From a virus (taxonomy: Duplodnaviria > Heunggongvirae > Uroviricota > Caudoviricetes): a stretch of 64,000 nt of DNA. The translations under genes were made by a program, and so were the position numbers. Below, in pieces: positions 1 to 10,617 of the stretch (positions within the stretch are counted from its first letter, which is position 1; each line of letters starts with the position of its first letter). Location: the IMG/VR virus record IMGVR_UViG_3300034157_000063. The stretch is one strand, 5' to 3'. Below the pieces are notes generated by a model, which did no database searches, had not been told where the DNA came from, and saw nothing but the letters and a program-made list of their open reading frames with translations.

Positions 1-2700
1 CACTTGATTGTTACTATCAAGAACAGTCGCAGACAATACCGTTGTGGCTGTATTATTAGCCAAGACATTTGAAATGCTTGATGTAATACCAATCACGTTA
101 GCTGTTGAGACTATTGCTGTGAAAATTACGTTAGTATTAACAGAACCTATACCTGATGAAATGACGACATTAGCAGTTCCAGCGATATTGCTTGTTAACG
201 TCATGACAGCATGACCATTCGCATCGGTAAGACTTGTAGCAGCACCTAATGTTCCGATTGAAGTAGCCCATGAGACTAAAGTATTAGCTGGTGCTTTGTT
301 TCCATTGGCATCTTTAACATCTACACCAAATGAAATAACATCAATGCCATCTGCAGTTGCACTTGGTATAGAAGCTGCGAGATTGACGGGTGTAAAGGTT
401 GATGAGTCTACTGTAAAGTCAATCGCTGTATTCATTGAACCTTGTGAAGCATTAGCCGTAACAACTGCAGAACCAATGGTTGTCGATTTAAGGGTGACAG
501 ATGTATTACCATTAATGTCTGTATAAGTAATCGCTGAACTCAATGTACCTAATGTTGTTGACCAACCCACTGGTGTGTTGGCTGGAACTGGGTCACCATT
601 CACATCAAGAACCGTAGCTGAAATGACACTGGTGGATGTGTTGTTAGCCACCACTGATGCTACTGATGAACTTATGGCTGTCACTCTCGCTGTAGATGTA
701 TTCGGTGTAGCATTTATGGTTACTGTTTTATTACCTTTAACAGCATTGGCAGTAATGGTTATATTTCCTGCTATGTTTGTCTTAAAGGTAACCGTTGTAT
801 GTCCATTCGCATCGGTAACAGTTGAAAATGCACTTAATTGACCATTGGTTGTTGACCATGTGACAGGTGTGTTGACTGGCACCACATTACCATTCTCATC
901 TTGTAGAACAGCATCAATCGTTACAAATGAAACACCATCTGCTAGCAACGTAGTCGCTGTGCTGGTCATAGTTACAACTTTTGCGGTATTCGTATCAGAC
1001 GTAAATACAACATCGGAAGTAATTTCGACGCCTGATGGTTCTTTTACGGAAACTTTAACAGGGTTTGCAAATTTACTGGATATTTTCAATCTTGCAACAC
1101 CATTCGCATCTGTTTTGTTTTCTTGTTCAATGACGGCTGCATTGCCTTGTATCGTCCACACAACATCAGCATTTTGAATATTTTCACCTGTATATTGCTT
1201 TAAGTTTGCAGTAAAGATTACAACATCTGAACCGTTGGCTATTGATGTAGATTGTGAGCTAGCCATTGTTAACTTATTAGCTGACACGATTATTTGTGTG
1301 ATGTTTGATTTAACCATATGACCAAACTCATCATTACCGATGGCTTGTAAATCATAGGTATTTAGACCGCTTGTGTTATAAGATGGCAATCTGACAGAAC
1401 CTGTTGGTCCACCACCATAAGGTAAGGCATATTGACTGGCTGAACCTGTCCACGATACATTTCTAATTGAACCTGTAAAGGCAATAGGGAATAATATAGT
1501 TGAATTAGGGCTGCTATTAATAGTAGCTGGTAATGTAAGGGTACCTAGTTCATTTTTTCTATAATCCATGACTATTTCATTATTTCTGTTGACCAAATCA
1601 TATTTAGCATTCGTTAACAAACGAGAACTTCTAATTTCATCGGGTGATAACTGTTTCTTCATAGGAACACCTAACTGAAAGTTTAACGCTAACTTTATTG
1701 TGGTATCTGATTGACCACCTTGTCCTTGTCTGTAATCAGTGGATAGGGTTACTAATGGAATAGGTGTATAATTTAAACCGATAGTAGCGGCATTAGGATC
1801 TTTCTGTTGGTTAGAAGAACCAAAGAGGCCAACATTATCACCATAGTATTGTTCATACATGAATTTAGCACCTAATTGTGGATACTGAGGTAAATACCCA
1901 TCCACTCTTAGATCCCAACCGTTAGCCGGTCTTTCCATATAGTCATACATATCCACAGATTTCTTCCAATCACTTAATCGAAGATAAGAGTTAGCTGCTA
2001 ATTTAAGGTAATCTGCCCATGCTTCTACACCCAAACCAAGACGGTTGTTGTGTCCAGTAATATCACTGTCATAAAAGGTATTGGCACCGAGTAATATTTT
2101 TTCATACATATGACGATAACCAAGGCCAAGGTTAATGGTATTTCTGTAATCTTCTGTATAGCGATTAGAACGTCTAAAACCAACCTGTGTAAAGATTAAA
2201 TCGTTTTCATCTTCAATGAGTGGCTTCAATAAATCAAAACTTATATTACGTACACCATCATTTCCAGCAGACACCGAGATTTCTGATGTTATTTTATGTG
2301 AAGTAAACCAATTTTTAAGATCGTCGGAAGCAGTTGAATTGAGCAGGCCATAACCCATAGATTGCAAATCCTCAAAGTCTTTTGATTGAGAATTTCTTGG
2401 CTGAGCCGTTTTTTGTTCATAACTGTTTTGACCATTGTCATATTCAATAGTTTTTTTAACTTTTTCTTTTTGTGGAACAAGTCCCAAATCAGGAAGGTTA
2501 TATTCATTTTTACCAATATTTACTTGATCTAGATCATCATTAGTTGTATTCTTATCAGACGAATTGATGACAGTTAATGAATTATTCGTGTTATTGCCGT
2601 TTTGGTTAGTATTGGTACAGGCTGTTAATAGGATTAAAAAGGATACACCGATTCTTTTGCCATACAACTTATACTGATCCTTGTAGTTTTTACTTTTCAT
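1..2700 (-). CDS. Intimin/invasin-family inverse autotransporter (type Ve) with lipoprotein signal; 3' end runs off the window
   Basis: Hand translation from ATG 2700 is open to position 1. Begins MKSKNYK...FLILLTAC (lipobox). Beta-barrel motifs RNTINLGLGYR, LLGANTFYD, RLGLGVEAWADYLKLAANSY, ERPANGWD, YLPQYPQLGAK, GLNYTPIPLVT, YDLVNRNNEIVMDY. These are followed by tandem Big_1-type Ig repeats (ANG/ADG...TDANG). Not in the ORF track because it has no stop inside the window. Confidence 0.93.
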   Translation of the reverse strand, partial: MKSKNYKDQYKLYGKRIGVSFLILLTACTNTNQNGNNTNNSLTVINSSDKNTTNDDLDQVNIGKNEYNLPDLGLVPQKEKVKKTIEYDNGQNSYEQKTAQPRNSQSKDFEDLQSMGYGLLNSTASDDLKNWFTSHKITSEISVSAGNDGVRNISFDLLKPLIEDENDLIFTQVGFRRSNRYTEDYRNTINLGLGYRHMYEKILLGANTFYDSDITGHNNRLGLGVEAWADYLKLAANSYLRLSDWKKSVDMYDYMERPANGWDLRVDGYLPQYPQLGAKFMYEQYYGDNVGLFGSSNQQKDPNAATIGLNYTPIPLVTLSTDYRQGQGGQSDTTIKLALNFQLGVPMKKQLSPDEIRSSRLLTNAKYDLVNRNNEIVMDYRKNELGTLTLPATINSSPNSTILFPIAFTGSIRNVSWTGSASQYALPYGGGPTGSVRLPSYNTSGLNTYDLQAIGNDEFGHMVKSNITQIIVSANKLTMASSQSTSIANGSDVVIFTANLKQYTGENIQNADVVWTIQGNAAVIEQENKTDANGVARLKISSKFANPVKVSVKEPSGVEITSDVVFTSDTNTAKVVTMTSTATTLLADGVSFVTIDAVLQDENGNVVPVNTPVTWSTTNGQLSAFSTVTDANGHTTVTFKTNIAGNITITANAVKGNKTVTINATPNTSTARVTAISSSVASVVANNTSTSVISATVLDVNGDPVPANTPVGWSTTLGTLSSAITYTDINGNTSVTLKSTTIGSAVVTANASQGSMNTAIDFTVDSSTFTPVNLAASIPSATADGIDVISFGVDVKDANGNKAPANTLVSWATSIGTLGAATSLTDANGHAVMTLTSNIAGTANVVISSGIGSVNTNVIFTAIVSTANVIGITSSISNVLANNTATTVLSATVLDSNNQV

Positions 2701-2895
2701 AATTTCCTTCTTGGTTAGGGGTTTTTGTACCTGATGACTATGTTTTAAAATCTTTAATATTCTACATTAAATACTGGACATTTCAAGTGTATTTTATTGA
2801 AATAAAAGTATTTTTCGATATCATTAATTGTATGCATCTTATTTGAAGTGGTATTTTTTGACTGAACGTTGGTTTTGAATAAAAAATGATAAGAA

Positions 2896-2925
2896 TTGAC
2901 AAAATACTGTTTAAAATGATATAAT
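2896..2925 (+). promoter_or_regulatory. sigma70-type promoter
   Basis: TTGACA-18 nt-TATAAT with TGn extension, upstream of the 2955 ORF. Confidence 0.7.
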
Positions 2926-2954
2926 CATATTAATCTAGTAAAAGGTAGAATAAT

Positions 2955-3872
2955 ATGATTTTTGAAGCTTTCTCTTTTTCAAGTATTAGAGCATCTATAT
3001 TGAGTGGTGCTCACAGTATGGAAGACCACCATAAAATTAAACTTGAACTTCAACCCGCGAACATTATTGATTCGTTAGGGGTCAACACATTCTGCTTTTA
3101 TGTAAACAAATCTTTTGGTATTCTTAAGAATGACTTCTTGAAGATCGTTAAAGCTCTTAAAAAGAAAAAGCTGAACTTCGATGTTAAGTCTGATTCACTT
3201 CGTGAATTGAGTGATTTCCATATCATTAAATTTACGGGTGGTGCTGATCTTATTGAATACTTTCAAAACGTGAGCATGAACAACACGAATGAACGACCCA
3301 GAATCTCGGAGAACCAGCTTCTTCGTGAATGCACTATCGTTCGTCTTCAAGACTGCAAAGATTACTACGCCAAAAACAAACCTAAAATTTTGTGCCTCGA
3401 TGTTGAAATTCAAACTAACACTGATAAAGAGTTCAAACCTACCGAATTTGGTTTGGTTTATTTCGATGGTGAAAAAGAGATCTACGAACACTTTTTGATT
3501 GAAGAATTCTACAAATTAAAAGTGGGTGGTGCATTACAACGCAAGTTCCATTTTGGTAAAACAAGTATTGTAAGCTATGAAGAGTTTGTGGATATCATGG
3601 CGAGCTATCTTGATAAGACTGATATGTTCTTGGCTCACTCTGTTAACTCTGAAAATCACTATTTGAGTCGTGCTGGTATTTCATTGTCTTACTTTGTAGA
3701 CGCGGTGGTTGATACTCAATTCTTGTATAAGGATTATGACAGCACGCATGTGAAACCAGTTTCATTGATTGATATGTTAACTTACTTGAAAATTCCATTC
3801 AAGAACTTGCACAACAGTGGTAACGACGCAGCCTTTACTTGGTTAGCATTCAAAAAAATCATGGACCTTTAA
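2955..3872 (+). CDS. DEDDh 3'-5' exonuclease (DnaQ-like)
   Basis: ExoI LCLDVE, FLAHS, DTQ and ExoIII LHNSGNDA motifs. Confidence 0.8.
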   Translation: MIFEAFSFSSIRASILSGAHSMEDHHKIKLELQPANIIDSLGVNTFCFYVNKSFGILKNDFLKIVKALKKKKLNFDVKSDSLRELSDFHIIKFTGGADLIEYFQNVSMNNTNERPRISENQLLRECTIVRLQDCKDYYAKNKPKILCLDVEIQTNTDKEFKPTEFGLVYFDGEKEIYEHFLIEEFYKLKVGGALQRKFHFGKTSIVSYEEFVDIMASYLDKTDMFLAHSVNSENHYLSRAGISLSYFVDAVVDTQFLYKDYDSTHVKPVSLIDMLTYLKIPFKNLHNSGNDAAFTWLAFKKIMDL

Positions 3873-5560
3873 TTAGGTCCATTTATTTTTAACTTCTTTT
3901 CTTTTTTAGATTTAATAATCTCTTTTGCTTTTTCCATTATCTCATCTGTATCAATATAAGGTTTACTTTCGATGTATTCTTTTATTTTAATATGATCATC
4001 AAATGTCATTTTTTTACCAAACTCTTTTTGTAATCCTAATGTTATGTTTAAATGATTTTTTTCATTTTTCTCACATCTATCATAAAAAACAACGTTTTCA
4101 TATTCATAATTACTGAGATGATTCCCAAAACTTTCAAATAATACTCTGTCATCAATGTCTTCACTGGTCACTAAAATACACTGGTTTTCTTTTGCGTATT
4201 TAATAAGATCATCTAACGAATCATTAAATCCTCCATGACGTAATTCTTTACTCGTGTATACGTCTTTTGGTTCTAATAGCTTAACACCATACACATCAAA
4301 TTCTTTAAAGGTGTATTGATAGAGTGTTTCAACTTCATTAACAGATTTTAAGGTCACTAATTTACCTTGTGAATAACTTTCTTCAAAAAAAGCGTCATGA
4401 TTGATGTTGAAATGATTACTTGTCATGAGATCAACACCTCTGATAAGTCCAAAGGGTTTAAGACTTCTCAAATACTCAAAATAACGTTTACCTGACAAGG
4501 CCGTATCATTTGTAAACTCACCGATTTCAACAGATTTAACAGCTTTCAAATTTTTCTCATTAAAGGCTGTTGGGAAATCTTCCAATATTTTTGATTTTAT
4601 TTCATCTATGTGAAAGTTAGCTGAAATTTGTTCTCTTGTTTTTAATAGGGTAACGTTTTCCAGTGAATTAATAAAGTCTGCTCTTAGATCTTCATAGAAT
4701 AAGCCAACAATTTTAAAATATTTTTCGCTTAACTTTAATTGGTCATCTACGACTATACCTGACATCGTATTGTTCTTTACATAGTCGCTTTGTAACAATT
4801 GTTTTATTTTTACAATTTCATCCTCAGTAAGAACATGATTGATTGAACCACTCATAAGCTTATCAAATTTCAAAACGGACTCAAAGTGCCTTGATATTAT
4901 TTTTTCATCTAATGACTTAGTGTTGATAGCCGTATGAATGCCATCTGATGGTGTGGTGTCCGCATTATGGATAGATTCAATTTGATCAAGACCTGTTCTA
5001 AATAGATCTAACCCAATATCAATTTTATCTATCTTGTCTGTTATATCATCAACTGTTTCGGCTTGTTTTAAATGGTATAAGAAAAACAATTTTTTGAAGT
5101 CATAATGTTTTGCATACAATTTCTCTATTTCTTCTAGATACTCTTTATTAATTTTTTTACTTAAGTTATTTGAAAAATCATTCTTAAAATCATTAAAATC
5201 AGCATTGTTTTCGAATAAATTATAAACATCTTTTAAGACTTCCATTTCTTTTTCTGTATGGACAGCGTGTGAACTATTTTTATGCCCATGCCTATCATTG
5301 ATAGTGACAAATTTTTTCTCATCATTGTCATATCTTACGAAGGTATTGGTATTTGTTGGTAATCCAATTTGAAACGCAAATTTATCATCGTTATTATCAT
5401 TGGAAGCTCTAAGAATGGAGAGATTATAAAAGTCTTCCATTTTTAATTCATCCAAGACTGCAGCTAATGCAAATATTTCAAATTTATCATCTGTAATATT
5501 ATGCTTTTCTTTGATTTCTGCGATTGTCTTTCTTACCGCTTCTATTGTTATATTACTCAT
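3869..5560 (-). CDS. Hypothetical protein, 563 aa, with Lys-rich C-terminal tail
   Basis: Long ORF, 4-nt overlap with the upstream gene; ends KSKKEKKLKINGPN. Confidence 0.8.
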   Translation of the reverse strand: MSNITIEAVRKTIAEIKEKHNITDDKFEIFALAAVLDELKMEDFYNLSILRASNDNNDDKFAFQIGLPTNTNTFVRYDNDEKKFVTINDRHGHKNSSHAVHTEKEMEVLKDVYNLFENNADFNDFKNDFSNNLSKKINKEYLEEIEKLYAKHYDFKKLFFLYHLKQAETVDDITDKIDKIDIGLDLFRTGLDQIESIHNADTTPSDGIHTAINTKSLDEKIISRHFESVLKFDKLMSGSINHVLTEDEIVKIKQLLQSDYVKNNTMSGIVVDDQLKLSEKYFKIVGLFYEDLRADFINSLENVTLLKTREQISANFHIDEIKSKILEDFPTAFNEKNLKAVKSVEIGEFTNDTALSGKRYFEYLRSLKPFGLIRGVDLMTSNHFNINHDAFFEESYSQGKLVTLKSVNEVETLYQYTFKEFDVYGVKLLEPKDVYTSKELRHGGFNDSLDDLIKYAKENQCILVTSEDIDDRVLFESFGNHLSNYEYENVVFYDRCEKNEKNHLNITLGLQKEFGKKMTFDDHIKIKEYIESKPYIDTDEIMEKAKEIIKSKKEKKLKINGPN

Positions 5561-7479
5561 AATGGGCCATTACTCATTTTAGTTGATTTTTTGATTTGTG
5601 TTTCAGTTTGTAAACCCACATCATCTTCTGGTTTAGGTGGATAAATTATTGCACTAAGCGATTCATTCATATTTTCTTTCGTTATATACGCTTCAACGGC
5701 TTTCATATGTATTTCAGATAAGTAACTACTTGCAGGATTACTAAACCCAACATAATCATCATTTTTTAAATGTTGTGTTCTCAGTGTTCCATTGGCATGG
5801 ATTGTGAAACCAATGATTGAATAGGTGTCTTTACTGTCTTTTTCAAAATCATAGATAATAAATTGTTGGCAACCATTGTTTGTATAAGTTTTAAAATAAC
5901 TTTCTTGACGATGAATACACCAAGAAGGGCTTCCTAAATCTTTACATTGATCATAATTGTCAATTTTGAAAACAACAATGTTATCTTTATCGTAAAAAGG
6001 CTCGATAGCAAATTTATCTAACTTTCTGTTAAGGTTTTCATTAGTGAACCCATCCAGTTGTTGGAATACATTTTTTAATAACTTCACTAAATCTTCTGGC
6101 TCTTTTAATGCGGCTAGTTTTTTACCGATATAATTCTGCAAATCCTTTTCGCTGAGTTCTTTGTCATACAGTTCTTTAAAGTAGACATCTGACTCTGGTG
6201 TTTCTAAATGCTTATATTTATTACTCAGTATATTTTTTGAAAAGTTCTTAGCTTTATAAGACTTACTTTCAGCGTTTAAATAGTCGTCAATAACTTCTAA
6301 ACTTTTGTCTTTAATCGCTAATATGTTTAAACCTATATTTTTTAATATATCTTGATTGTTAACAAAGGTGTTCACTGTATTTAAAAGATGTTGAATGGTT
6401 TTAAATTCAAGACCTTCTTCAAGAGCAATACTATTAAAGAAGTTTACAATTTTAGGTTTGTTAGGTAATAATTCAGAAATCAAATCTTTTGTTATACTGG
6501 TTAATAAAGCTTTATATTCTTGATGATTCTTGACTGTGTTCATTTCACCATTTTTAGTGATGTAAAGAAGACTTGAATCGTTCATTAAGTAGACTTTAGT
6601 ATTAGTATTGTTTTTATTAAAAGTAAGCGATGTTTTAGCATCGTCAGCTATCATCTTATCGGTGACAAAGGATGTTATAGGGCTTTCACTCACATTTAAG
6701 TCTTTATATTGATCAGCAAGACTGCTATACATGCTGTGTACACCTAAATCTTTGGCTAACGCTATGAGCTTGTAGGTTTCATGCTTAATGCCAACAATAC
6801 TCTCAACTACACTTTCTGGCAATTGATTGAGCCTGTCATTTAATCCGTGACTAAGGTATTCCTTATTGTTTATTAAGTGATTTTTTATTCTATTAAAAAA
6901 CATACTTTTTTCTTCTTCATCAAATGAGGCGTCATTTCCTACATAAAAGCCGGAATCCTTTATTAATTTGTCATTGGCATTGATGACTTTTCTTATATAG
7001 ATTTTTTGATCTTCAAGTACTTTAAAATGATTCTTGATGTTTTGCTCTATTTCCATCTGTTCAGGCGTGTTACCTAAATCTTGACGACTTTTTTCGATAA
7101 TATTGTTAGCGGTCATCAATATAGTATTAATAGTACTTGTGTAATTACCGAGATCATTGCCATGATACCCATATGACAGTGGCATGTATCCTAATTTTTC
7201 ATAAATAACATTGGTGCAGGTTTCACTACCCACGATAAGATCATAATCTTCATCGGATTCAATCACTCTGTTGACTATATTAAATCTTGATTTAGACATA
7301 TCCAACAAATCAAGATTATCTAATGTATTAAAATCTAATTTAAGATAAGTATTAGGGTTATAGGTTGGAAATAAATGTTCATCACCCGCTTCTACAAACT
7401 TCGTTTTATTTAAGCTGAATATTTTTTCTATATTTTCGGAAGGATTCATCTGATCTATTAATATATTAGTTAAATTCAT
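5557..7479 (-). CDS. Protein with C-terminal PcfJ-like domain
   Basis: LGSPSWCI...YFKTY...QFIIYDF...IIGFT motif resembles phage PcfJ-like domains; ends KKSTKMSNGPL. Confidence 0.6.
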   Translation of the reverse strand: MNLTNILIDQMNPSENIEKIFSLNKTKFVEAGDEHLFPTYNPNTYLKLDFNTLDNLDLLDMSKSRFNIVNRVIESDEDYDLIVGSETCTNVIYEKLGYMPLSYGYHGNDLGNYTSTINTILMTANNIIEKSRQDLGNTPEQMEIEQNIKNHFKVLEDQKIYIRKVINANDKLIKDSGFYVGNDASFDEEEKSMFFNRIKNHLINNKEYLSHGLNDRLNQLPESVVESIVGIKHETYKLIALAKDLGVHSMYSSLADQYKDLNVSESPITSFVTDKMIADDAKTSLTFNKNNTNTKVYLMNDSSLLYITKNGEMNTVKNHQEYKALLTSITKDLISELLPNKPKIVNFFNSIALEEGLEFKTIQHLLNTVNTFVNNQDILKNIGLNILAIKDKSLEVIDDYLNAESKSYKAKNFSKNILSNKYKHLETPESDVYFKELYDKELSEKDLQNYIGKKLAALKEPEDLVKLLKNVFQQLDGFTNENLNRKLDKFAIEPFYDKDNIVVFKIDNYDQCKDLGSPSWCIHRQESYFKTYTNNGCQQFIIYDFEKDSKDTYSIIGFTIHANGTLRTQHLKNDDYVGFSNPASSYLSEIHMKAVEAYITKENMNESLSAIIYPPKPEDDVGLQTETQIKKSTKMSNGPL

Positions 7480-7585
7480 TATAACATATTAAGAAAAAAT
7501 ATCTAAAAAAAAATAAAAAAAGTTTGAATTGTCTTTTATATCTAGGATCTTTATGCTATAATGATATAAATATTAGGAGAAAATA

Positions 7586-8434
7586 ATGAAGCCTATCAAA
7601 GACGAAGAAGTTACCAGTCTTATGCAAGAAAATCTAGACACCTATGGCGAGTATGAAAAAGTTACATTTATTGCCAATGTTAACGGAAAACCAACAGAAT
7701 TGAGTGGTGTTCGCTTAATTGATAGTAGAGAGAATGAATATTTTATTGTTCGCACAAAAAAACAAGGGTATTATAATTTTAGTGCTCCCGAGGTTTCTCA
7801 TTTTGAACGTGTGTCGGTTGAAAAGCGTGAAGAGGAAGATGCATCCTTAAATCCACTTTCACCACTTCAAAAGGCTATTGCTGACAAGATTCAGCAGGAA
7901 AAAGCTGAGACAGCCGAACATAGTAAGCAAATGGCCGAAAAATTGGCTGACAGTATTGGATACTTTCCATTGCTTCAATCTGCCAACGTGAGTGGTCTTA
8001 CGGTTGACTTCCTTGACAAAAATCAAGAAGTTCAAGACTCCATTTACTTTCCTTTTGTTAAAGGTGAAACTTATGAGGTTTTTTCTCATGAAGACGAGCG
8101 TGATATTGAAATTAATTCATTGATGGTTGATGTTAGTTTGGCAACAGATGAACATGGCGATGATGTTAAACCTGAATTGTTTGCAAAATATTATGAAACC
8201 TATAATGTTATTCAAGACTTTGAATTTATTATTGATGACAATTACACACAAGAAATTTTTAACACGTATAGACTAGATGAAAAATACGCAAGAGTTGTTG
8301 GTGATCTTAACAAGCATGACTTGCTTGAATTGGTTACTGAGAATGCTCAGGATAAAAATATTCAGGATGCGGCGAAAGAATTGAGAATTAAAAACGGTCT
8401 TCTTAAAAAAGATCCTGTTAAATTTAAGCCTTAA
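7586..8434 (+). CDS. Hypothetical acidic protein with basic tail
   Basis: AGGAG SD, TATAAT upstream; ends KKDPVKFKP. Confidence 0.8.
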   Translation: MKPIKDEEVTSLMQENLDTYGEYEKVTFIANVNGKPTELSGVRLIDSRENEYFIVRTKKQGYYNFSAPEVSHFERVSVEKREEEDASLNPLSPLQKAIADKIQQEKAETAEHSKQMAEKLADSIGYFPLLQSANVSGLTVDFLDKNQEVQDSIYFPFVKGETYEVFSHEDERDIEINSLMVDVSLATDEHGDDVKPELFAKYYETYNVIQDFEFIIDDNYTQEIFNTYRLDEKYARVVGDLNKHDLLELVTENAQDKNIQDAAKELRIKNGLLKKDPVKFKP

Positions 8435-8451
8435 CTTTTTAAATATATGAG

Positions 8452-8478
8452 AAAAGACCTTTGATAAGGTCTTTTTTT
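8452..8478 (+). terminator. Intrinsic terminator
   Basis: AAAAGACCT...AGGTCTTTTTTT hairpin followed by a U-run. Confidence 0.8.
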
Positions 8479-8540
8479 ATCTTCTAAATTTGTTTATATT
8501 CTTGATAATGGTATACTGACCAAAACAATAATAATAAAAT

Positions 8541-9515
8541 ATGAAAAATATATTAGTCTTATCTGCATTAGCCATTGGTGTAACTTATGCTGATTACAAA
8601 GTAACATACCCCTTAGATTCAAATTCTGTGACATTTAGAAATAATGAACCTGTTACTGAAGAATGGATACCCGGCACTCCATTAGTAGGAGCATGGGTAA
8701 ATAATGGTTCTCTTTTTAACTGTAATACAACGCCATTGATCAATGGTTCTTTTACTCATATTAAAACCTGCTCTCAGCAACAAACACAAAACATAAGCAC
8801 ACCTGCAACATCAACTATCACACATGAAGTAAGATATACAGAAATTACAAAAGAACAAACCATAGCCATTACTGAGAATTTAACTGAGCAATGGTTTGCG
8901 GGTTCTCCAGTGTTATCCATATGGACTGATAAAGGTGCCCTTTTTGATTGTTCAACGCTTCCAAGTGTCAACGATTATTCTACGGGTGTTGCATTTACTC
9001 AGACCAAGACCTGTTCGCAAAAACAAGAACAAACGGTTAATACACCAGAAACGTCTAGTATTACGAATGACGTTAGACAGGTTGAAACTTTAAACGAACA
9101 AATCATTACTAAAAAAACTGATAATAATGCAGTCGGTGAACGATATACAAACATTATGAAAGTCGGCTATTATACATTACCGTACAACAATTATAGTGGA
9201 TATCTAAATCCTAACTACAAGAGTTATCCTGACTACAATGACTTTACACAGCAAGCAGCTAGCACATTGACGCCTAATTCTATTGCTGGTGCTGAAATTA
9301 GGTGGATGTGGACATATATGGATGGGAATTTAGTTGTCATGCCTGCGAATAAAGCATTAAATAGTAATCTATTAAAATATAATGTAACCGTTAATGGCGT
9401 AACATGTCCATTAGTCATGCATACCTATGAAATGAATGTTGTTATCGGAACTAATTGTTTTTCATTTATTAATAAAGTTGGTTCAGAATTTAAAATGGAT
9501 ATTAGACTAAAGTAA
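8541..9515 (+). CDS. Secreted Cys/Trp-repeat protein, paralogue 1 (two repeats plus variable C-terminal domain)
   Basis: Signal peptide MKNILVLSALAIGVTYA; two W..G.P...W...G..F.C...KTCSQ.Q.Q repeats. Confidence 0.8.
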   Translation: MKNILVLSALAIGVTYADYKVTYPLDSNSVTFRNNEPVTEEWIPGTPLVGAWVNNGSLFNCNTTPLINGSFTHIKTCSQQQTQNISTPATSTITHEVRYTEITKEQTIAITENLTEQWFAGSPVLSIWTDKGALFDCSTLPSVNDYSTGVAFTQTKTCSQKQEQTVNTPETSSITNDVRQVETLNEQIITKKTDNNAVGERYTNIMKVGYYTLPYNNYSGYLNPNYKSYPDYNDFTQQAASTLTPNSIAGAEIRWMWTYMDGNLVVMPANKALNSNLLKYNVTVNGVTCPLVMHTYEMNVVIGTNCFSFINKVGSEFKMDIRLK

Positions 9516-9601
9516 AAGACCTGATGAGGTCTTTTTGTCTTCTAAATTTGCGTATATTCTAGATAATGTTATACTTTAAAAAACAATAATAATAATACAA
9601 T

Positions 9602-10585
9602 ATGAAAAATATAATGATCCTCTCGGCATTAGCTATTGGTGTAACTTATGCAGATTATAAAGTGACGTATCCTTTAGATTCAAATTCTTTGACATTTAAA
9701 AACAATATACCTATTACTGAAAAATGGATACCGGGTGTCCCATTAGTAGGATCATGGACAAATAATGGACCACTTTTTGACTGTAATACGACTCCATTGA
9801 TAAATGGTTCTTTTACACATATTAAAACCTGTTCTCAGAAACAAACACAAAACATAAAGACACCTGAAACATCAACTGTTACAAACGAAGTTAGATACTC
9901 AGAAACTATAAAAGAACAAACCATAGCAATTATTGATAACTTAACTGAGCAATGGTCACCGGGTTCTCCTGTTTTGTCTATATGGACAGATAAAGGTGAT
10001 CCGTTTGATTGTTCAACACTTCCAAGCGTCAATGATTACTCAACAGGTGTATCATTCACTCAGACTAAAACCTGTTCCCAGAAACAAGAACAAACCGCCA
10101 AAACACCAGAAACATCCAGCATTACGAATGATGTTAGACAGGTTGAAACTGTAAATGAACAAACCATTACTAAAAATACTAATAATAATGCGGTTGGTGA
10201 GCGATATACAAACATCATAAAAGTAGGCTATTACACCTTGAGTGGTGTCCATCATTACAATGGTTATGTGAATCCAAATTCTAAGAATTACCAAGACCAA
10301 TATAATGCGGTTGTTGAACACAATCCAAGTACATTAACACCTAATGTTATAGGTGGTTTAGAAATTCGTTGGATGTGGACACTGGCTTATGATGGAAATT
10401 TAATAATTATGCCAGCTAATAGAGCTATGCAAAACGAGTTGCTAAAATATAAGCTTACGATTAATGGAGTAACATGTCCATTAGCAATAGCTACCTATGA
10501 ATTGGATTTTGTTGTAGGTAAAAACTGTTTTTCATTTCTTAATAAGGCAGGTTCTGAATTTAAAATGGATATAACATTAAAATAA
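9602..10585 (+). CDS. Secreted Cys/Trp-repeat protein, paralogue 2 (tandem duplicate of 8541)
   Basis: Highly similar to 8541..9515 over the N-terminal two thirds; upstream terminator and promoter are also duplicated. Confidence 0.8.
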   Translation: MKNIMILSALAIGVTYADYKVTYPLDSNSLTFKNNIPITEKWIPGVPLVGSWTNNGPLFDCNTTPLINGSFTHIKTCSQKQTQNIKTPETSTVTNEVRYSETIKEQTIAIIDNLTEQWSPGSPVLSIWTDKGDPFDCSTLPSVNDYSTGVSFTQTKTCSQKQEQTAKTPETSSITNDVRQVETVNEQTITKNTNNNAVGERYTNIIKVGYYTLSGVHHYNGYVNPNSKNYQDQYNAVVEHNPSTLTPNVIGGLEIRWMWTLAYDGNLIIMPANRAMQNELLKYKLTINGVTCPLAIATYELDFVVGKNCFSFLNKAGSEFKMDITLK

Positions 10586-10610
10586 AAAAAGACCTTTCAA
10601 GGTCTTTTTT
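10585..10610. terminator. Bidirectional intrinsic terminator
   Basis: AAAAAAGACCTT-TC-AAGGTCTTTTTT between convergent genes. Confidence 0.8.
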
Positions 10611-10617
10611 GCTTTCT

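Noticed and set aside
8-1177. Four plus-strand ORFs (8..214, 296..526, 575..841, 845..1177)
   Set aside because: Antisense shadows of the Ig repeats of the minus-strand invasin gene.
2289-2516. 75-aa minus-strand ORF
   Set aside because: An alternative frame inside the invasin gene.
8541-10585. Diversity-generating retroelement template/variable repeat pair
   Set aside because: The differences between the paralogues are not adenine-specific and no reverse transcriptase is in the window; ordinary duplication explains it.
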